Source: Candidatus Woesearchaeota archaeon (GTDB lineage Archaea; Nanobdellota; Nanobdellia; Pacearchaeales; GW2011-AR1). Taken from it: a DNA stretch of 21,111 bases. The notes beneath the pieces are model-generated. The model did not search any database. It saw nothing but the letters and a program-made list of their open reading frames with translations, and had not been told where the DNA came from. Position numbers and translations under genes: made by a program. Each line of letters starts with the position of its first letter. Within the stretch, counting starts at the first letter, position 1. Of the stretch, positions 15,937 to 21,111 are shown in pieces. The stretch lies in contig CAZFJM010000002.1 in the NCBI GenBank assembly GCA_964519415.1, positions 30,762 through 51,872 on the forward strand, given 5' to 3'.

Positions 15937-17065
15937 TCTGTTCTTCCTCCTCATCGTAATCATCTTCTTCATCTAATAAACCTTCCTCAATCTGTCTAGT
16001 TACTTTGTCAACATTTGGATCTCTAGACTCTTCAACATCAGTCAACTTGCAATCTTCACTTAATTTCTTAATTTTCGCTAAGAAAAATCCATCAGAATTA
16101 TTATCTTGCGGATAAAGTCTTCTACAGTTTTTTATTTCTGGATGATAAGTATCCCCTTCCCATTCTAAAATTCCATCTCTTGTTTTCAAAGGCAAATCAA
16201 TTTTCATTATTTCAATATCAAAGTTTTCTTTCAAGTAATTTACAACAGATTCATCTTCTTCAGGCCCGAGAGTACAAGTAGAATAAATCATTTCACCATC
16301 AACTTTTAGTAATTTCAATGCTTCAGAAGCTAATTTCCTTTGAACCTTAGAAAGTGCTTGAATATATTTTAAATTCCACATATCAAAAGTCTTAGGAGAT
16401 TTTCTTAATGTACCTTCACCAGAACAAGGAGCATCAACTAATATTTTATCAAATTTCATTTTTACCTCTTTTGTCCATCTCTTGCAAAATTGCACACCAT
16501 CTTTTCTTGTAATAATAGTGTTAGATACTCCAGACTTTTCCAAATTAGCACTTAAAATTCTTATTCTGCCCAAACTTACCTCATTAGCAATAATTGTACC
16601 CTGATTATTCATTAAAGCTGCTGCCTGAGTAGTTTTACTACCTGGAGAAGAACATAAATCTAAAAATAATTCGTCAGCTTGTGGCTTCAAAGCAAAAATA
16701 GGTAACATAGAGGAGATTTCTTGTACATAATAATATCCTAATAAATGCTCAAATGTCTTTCCTAAAGCTCCCGGAACTAATTTACTCTCTCTTTCTACCA
16801 ATAAAACTTCTGGAAACTCTTTGTAAGGTTGGCTCATAATCCATCCATAAGATTCTAATCTTTTCTTCATTTCTTCAGGAGAAATTTTCAAAGTATTAAC
16901 TCTAATAAAATCGGGACTTGCAAAATAAGCAATCTCGAAAAACTTTTTAGCATCTTCTTTTCCAATCAGTTTCTCAATTCTTTGAACAAACTCTTCTTTA
17001 GGTTTGTATCTTTCCATCAACTTTTCTTTGTTGGTTTTTTTAACGTAATTCTTTCCACTATCCAT
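15929..17065 (-). CDS. NOL1/NOP2/Sun-family RNA cytosine-C5 methyltransferase with acidic C-terminal tail
   Basis: DLCSSPGSKT (motif I), DKILVDAPCSGEGTLRK (motif IV, catalytic Cys) and MIYSTCTLGPEEDE (motif VI, catalytic Cys). Confidence 0.9.
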   Translation of the reverse strand: MDSGKNYVKKTNKEKLMERYKPKEEFVQRIEKLIGKEDAKKFFEIAYFASPDFIRVNTLKISPEEMKKRLESYGWIMSQPYKEFPEVLLVERESKLVPGALGKTFEHLLGYYYVQEISSMLPIFALKPQADELFLDLCSSPGSKTTQAAALMNNQGTIIANEVSLGRIRILSANLEKSGVSNTIITRKDGVQFCKRWTKEVKMKFDKILVDAPCSGEGTLRKSPKTFDMWNLKYIQALSKVQRKLASEALKLLKVDGEMIYSTCTLGPEEDESVVNYLKENFDIEIMKIDLPLKTRDGILEWEGDTYHPEIKNCRRLYPQDNNSDGFFLAKIKKLSEDCKLTDVEESRDPNVDKVTRQIEEGLLDEEDDYDEEEEQNE

Positions 17066-17100
17066 AAATTTACCAGAAAAATAGAGTATAAAAGACTATC

Positions 17101-17856
17101 CTAATTCTTTCTAAACTTAGAATCATATTGTCTAAGAAACATATCTAAATCATTATGTTCTATTAAACCTTTAACAATCTTAGAAGCCTGTTCTATTTCC
17201 CCATCAGAAAAAACAACCAAGTATTCTTCCGCCTCACTCATTAATTCATGTCTAACAACTGCCTGAAGATATGCATACTCCTTACTCTCAGAAAGAAACC
17301 CGTAAGACCTAGCTTTTTTATCAGCATAGTCAAAACCAGTTCTTCTCAATTCATTTAAGTCATCTAAACTTATAAATTCCAAAAGAGAACATTCAACTTG
17401 TCTAGTTAAATTTTTTTCATCCGAATATGCCTCTTCCGCAGAATAAGAATCTCTTTTAGGTTGAGTAACTGGCAACTTTTTTGCAGAAGGTAAATATTTT
17501 TTAGACTCTTTATTCACAGTAGAAGTTGCCTTTCTTATGTTTTCAATCATTCTTGCCATATCTTCATACGTAGCTAGAGAAATAATAAGAGACTCACACT
17601 TTCCAGGACATTTGTCTAAAAAATCAGATATTTTTGTAGCCGTTTGCCACAAAACTTCATTATGAATTACAATATGTAAATGCGAATAACTTTCTGTTCC
17701 AGATTTAATCCCTAAATCATCAGCACGTATTTCAGCAAAATCATAAGACCATTTTCTTAAATATGGGACTTCATCCTTTACGCACCACTCTTCTAAATAA
17801 GACTCCAGGTCCTTATTTTCTTTTTTAAGAGCGACCCAGTCTGTATTCTTAGCCAT
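17101..17856 (-). CDS. Hypothetical protein (251 aa) built from two related halves
   Basis: YDFAEIRADDLGIKSGTESYSHLHIVIHNEVL (N-terminal half) aligns by eye with FDYADKKARSYGFLSESKEYAYLQAVVRHELM (C-terminal half). It is co-directional with polB and 90 nt downstream of it. Confidence 0.6.
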   Translation of the reverse strand: MAKNTDWVALKKENKDLESYLEEWCVKDEVPYLRKWSYDFAEIRADDLGIKSGTESYSHLHIVIHNEVLWQTATKISDFLDKCPGKCESLIISLATYEDMARMIENIRKATSTVNKESKKYLPSAKKLPVTQPKRDSYSAEEAYSDEKNLTRQVECSLLEFISLDDLNELRRTGFDYADKKARSYGFLSESKEYAYLQAVVRHELMSEAEEYLVVFSDGEIEQASKIVKGLIEHNDLDMFLRQYDSKFRKN

Positions 17857-17913
17857 TGAAAAAAAGAGTAAAAATATATTAATATATTTATCTAATTTAC
17901 ATAGAATACTAAA

Positions 17914-17947
17914 ATAAGGTCTTTAGCCGCAAGCTATATGGCCTTAT
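17914..17947 (-). terminator. Stem-loop overlapping the polB stop codon
   Basis: ataaggtc-tt-tagc-cgcaa-gcta-tat-ggccttat. One position is G-T on the plus strand and becomes a C/A mismatch in the minus-strand transcript. Only a weak T-tract follows. Confidence 0.25.
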
Positions 17948-20310
17948 TAGAACAAGGTCTTTTGTTTAGTACCTTTTAAAACGTCATCAAAGTCTTTCTT
18001 GAATAAACCTAGAATCTGATTTGCAATTGGCTTAATCTGCTTATCAATATAATGTTCATAGTCTAACTTATGTTTCAATTTTTGAATAGGCTCTGGCCCA
18101 TCTAAAGTAATAAAATACTCAATTATAGTTGATTCTACAAAATCTAGTTTTCTTGCCGCTTTAACATGCGGAGGAGTAGTTTTTGTATATTCCTCTAAAC
18201 TCTTTCTTATAGACTTTCTATAAACTAATTTTTTATCCATTTTTCCTGCTAAAATATCTTTCACATACTCTCTAATAAAAAGGTCAATTTCTTTTTTCTT
18301 GAAAACCCTCATCAACAACTCTTTCTGAAATTCCTGTGCTGCTTCAGTCCAATCTCCTCTAATTGCCTCTAAACCTGTAATCTCTAAAACTTCTTTCCCA
18401 TTATCTATAGTTAAACCAGCATATCTTTTTTTAGCAGCTTTCTGAGCATCATCTCCCTCTTTTCTAAGTGCTGAAAACATTATAGATAAATATTGCTTCT
18501 TAAATTCCAATTCTAAATAAGACTCACGATTATAATTTTCTTTCACGTAGTCTTTGTAAAAATCATTAATATATTTCTGTAAAGAAATAGCTAACTTATC
18601 GGCCTTCTCATAATCAGAAACTCCAGACTCTACGAAAACCGAATCAGTATCTGAGTAAATAACTTTGTATCCTTTTTCTTCAATCTTCTTAGCAGTTAAT
18701 TGAATTAACTGTCTAGCAAAAGAAGTAATTGCAGAAGCCATATTAAAATCAAAATAACGACAGTTTGGAGAAGCTAAAACTCCCCAGAAAGAATTCATAA
18801 TAACTTTAATTGCATAACTAGACAACTCTCTTTTTTCTTTCTTTGCCTTTTCTCTAGCAGCATGCAACTCTGTAATAATCTGGGGCAGTATTCCTTCATT
18901 ATTTCTAAAATAAACTTTATTTGGAGACTCAACTACATTTTTTTCATTCTCCAAATTATGTCCTAAATAAGAAGAAGGATCTATATTGAAAGTCTTAATA
19001 ATTGAAGGATACAGAGATTTGAAATCTAAAATTAAAACATTATTGAAAATGCCGGAAGCAGTAGATGCAACATATCCTCCTTTTAATTTTTCTTCTTTCT
19101 TTCCAAACTCAACAGATGGAGAAACAATACTTCTCTTTCTCAATTCCCGAATATAAACAGAATCAAAAGCTGCAATAGAAGCAGTTAATCTATCCATGGT
19201 CATTCCTGTCAACTGGCTTCTTTCAATTGCCAAATCAATCATTTTAGTTTTTTCCAAGATCTCATAAACTAATTCACAATCAATCAGATTATACTCTGTA
19301 AGTTTTTTTAAATTTGCTAGATTATCAGAATGGAACCAAGATTCAATTTCTATGTGCCTATTACTTCCTTTGATAGTTTTTCCCTTACCGAGTAATTGCT
19401 GTGAAACATTTTCTAGAGTATATGACTCAAACTTTGCACTTTTTATAGAAGGTGCTTCTTGAATAAACGGATCTTGAATAAAGTCTAAACCATCAATAAC
19501 TTGTCTACCTGCAACAGTTGCACTAGAAGATTTCATAAAATTAGATTCTATTTTCAAACGCAAATTGTCATTTGTTCTTGAAATATCAAAAGGTATTTTT
19601 CTTTTCTTAAATCTAGATTGTAAAAATTCCAAATCGAAATCAATTACATTCCAACCAGTAATAATATCTGGATCGAAACTCTTTAACTCTTCTTTAAATT
19701 TAGTCAAACAATCTTCTTCGTCTTTACAAGAAATAACTCCTTCAATTTGCTTTTTAGAAACTAAAAAGCTTTTCTTATAATTTTCAGAATACATACCTAT
19801 ACAGAATAATTCTTTCTTATCCCCGCTAGTTTCAATATCTATAGACAATACTTTTAATTTTGGCACATATGTAACGGGAGATAATTTAGCATCACGATAA
19901 ACTCTATCTACTCTATCTGAAGATTCGTAATCTCCATCAATTTCAATACCTGCTTTCAAATTATTATCAATCATAAAACGATTATGGGGCCGCAAATCAG
20001 ACTCATATGTCTTAATATCTTCCTGATGTAATTCTTTTACTAATTTATTCATCTCTTCTTGACTTGAACCACTTATTTTCAAAACCTTCTTACCTGCAAA
20101 ATTATGAAACTTCGTTTCACTTACGCTAAAATTCTTTAATAAACTCTTAACTTTAGACCTATCAGACTCTTCTATGAAGAAATAAGGTACAAACTCATTC
20201 ATTACTGCAAAACTCTGACCATTCTCTAACCTTCCAAATAACTGAACATATGTCTTTCCATCCAGATTAACATAATCCGTATCAACAATAAAACCTCTAA
20301 TATTACTCAT
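17947..20310 (-). CDS. polB: Family B DNA polymerase
   Basis: Exo I SIDIETSG, Exo II ITGWNVIDFDLEFL, Exo III YNLIDCELVY. Motif A LDFKSLYPSII, motif B KVIMNSFWGVL, motif C VIYSDTDSVFV. Confidence 0.95.
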   Translation of the reverse strand: MSNIRGFIVDTDYVNLDGKTYVQLFGRLENGQSFAVMNEFVPYFFIEESDRSKVKSLLKNFSVSETKFHNFAGKKVLKISGSSQEEMNKLVKELHQEDIKTYESDLRPHNRFMIDNNLKAGIEIDGDYESSDRVDRVYRDAKLSPVTYVPKLKVLSIDIETSGDKKELFCIGMYSENYKKSFLVSKKQIEGVISCKDEEDCLTKFKEELKSFDPDIITGWNVIDFDLEFLQSRFKKRKIPFDISRTNDNLRLKIESNFMKSSSATVAGRQVIDGLDFIQDPFIQEAPSIKSAKFESYTLENVSQQLLGKGKTIKGSNRHIEIESWFHSDNLANLKKLTEYNLIDCELVYEILEKTKMIDLAIERSQLTGMTMDRLTASIAAFDSVYIRELRKRSIVSPSVEFGKKEEKLKGGYVASTASGIFNNVLILDFKSLYPSIIKTFNIDPSSYLGHNLENEKNVVESPNKVYFRNNEGILPQIITELHAAREKAKKEKRELSSYAIKVIMNSFWGVLASPNCRYFDFNMASAITSFARQLIQLTAKKIEEKGYKVIYSDTDSVFVESGVSDYEKADKLAISLQKYINDFYKDYVKENYNRESYLELEFKKQYLSIMFSALRKEGDDAQKAAKKRYAGLTIDNGKEVLEITGLEAIRGDWTEAAQEFQKELLMRVFKKKEIDLFIREYVKDILAGKMDKKLVYRKSIRKSLEEYTKTTPPHVKAARKLDFVESTIIEYFITLDGPEPIQKLKHKLDYEHYIDKQIKPIANQILGLFKKDFDDVLKGTKQKTLF

Positions 20311-20387
20311 TTTAAGATAAACCTTCTAAGATTTAAATATGCTTCTAATCCCAAAGTTTATTAATTTAGAACGACTCATAAAAAACC

Positions 20388-21111
20388 ATGGGAGTACAGA
20401 TATCAGACATAATTCCAAGAAAAGAGATAGAACTATCAGACCTAAAAGGAAAAATAATTGCAATTGATGCTTTTAATACACTTTATCAGTTCTTAACTAC
20501 TATAAGACAGCAAGATGGCACTCCTCTAATGGATTTGAAAGGAAATATTACTTCACACCTATCTGGACTTCTTTACCGTAATATAAACTTATTAGCGGAA
20601 GGAATAAAACTAATCTACGTATTTGATGGTGTCCCACCAGAACTAAAATTAAAAGAAATAGAAGAAAGACAGAAAGCAAAAGAAATTGCACAAGAAAAAT
20701 ATGAAATAGCAAAAGAACAAGAAGAAGAAAAAGACATGAAAAAATATGCTTCTCAAACTGTTAAACTAACTAAACAAATACTTGAAGAAAGCAAAGAACT
20801 ACTTATTGCACTAGGGATACCTGTTATTCAAGCTGAAAGTGAAGGAGAAGCTGAAGCTGCAGGAATTGCTAAGAATAAGTTTGCTTGGGCCTCTGCATCA
20901 CAAGACTATGACTCACTCTTATTTGGAGCACCAAGACTAATTAGAAATTTAACTTTATCTAGAAAAAGAAAAACTTCTTCCGGCGCATACGTAGACACTA
21001 GTATTGAAATGATCGAATTTGAAGATGTTCTAAATAAGTTACAAATAAATCAAGATCAACTAATCTGTTTAGCAATATTAGTAGGTACAGACTACAATCC
21101 TGGCGGAGTTA
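20388..21111 (+). CDS. fen: Flap endonuclease 1 (FEN1), 3'-truncated by the window edge
   Basis: ATG 20388 opens MGVQISDIIPRKEIELSDLKGKIIAIDAFNTLYQFLTTIRQQDGTPLMDLKGNITSHLSGLLYRNINLLAEGIKLIYVFDGVPPELK..., the canonical FEN1 N-domain. The ORF is open to the end of the window. aaagtttattaattt lies upstream. Confidence 0.9.
   Translation, partial: MGVQISDIIPRKEIELSDLKGKIIAIDAFNTLYQFLTTIRQQDGTPLMDLKGNITSHLSGLLYRNINLLAEGIKLIYVFDGVPPELKLKEIEERQKAKEIAQEKYEIAKEQEEEKDMKKYASQTVKLTKQILEESKELLIALGIPVIQAESEGEAEAAGIAKNKFAWASASQDYDSLLFGAPRLIRNLTLSRKRKTSSGAYVDTSIEMIEFEDVLNKLQINQDQLICLAILVGTDYNPGGV

Noticed and set aside
19565-19780. 71-aa plus-strand ORF.
   Set aside because: It is antisense to polB.

Overview
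This is an AT-rich, tightly packed archaeal-type chromosome segment. It carries family-B DNA polymerase, FEN1, TFS, Cdc48/VAT, type-2 MetAP, a Sec11-type signal peptidase and one tRNA-Lys(UUU). Many ATGs sit about 20-30 nt downstream of a TATA-like box (tttataaa / cttttaaa), which suggests leaderless mRNAs. Several genes overlap stop/start by 1-8 nt. A small-genome, DPANN-like archaeon is my inference, not a demonstrated fact. Gene content from left to right: (1) A deoxynucleotide cluster: nrdD C-terminus, a separate 39-aa glycyl-radical ORF, nrdG, a P-loop-kinase/dCMP-deaminase fusion, and an atypical thioredoxin. (2) tRNA-Lys, small membrane and acidic proteins, TFS, signal peptidase and a CX5R phosphatase. 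(3) A Zn-ribbon/AbrB-like gene translationally coupled to cdc48, with a convergent HExxH-protease/AN1-zinc-finger gene. (4) A plus-strand run of four orphan genes at 10.9-13.8 kb: a HicA-like 63-aa protein, a 180-aa unknown, a 490-aa metallophosphoesterase with an unknown N-terminal half, and a 131-aa FHA-like protein. Two of these have near-identical promoters. This is my best candidate for an undescribed system. (5) MetAP and an NSUN / 2H-phosphoesterase / PUA operon. (6) A polB-linked internally duplicated 251-aa unknown, then polB and FEN1. I saw no CRISPR array, transposase, integrase, reverse transcriptase or rRNA. All functional calls rest on motifs read by eye; no searches were run.
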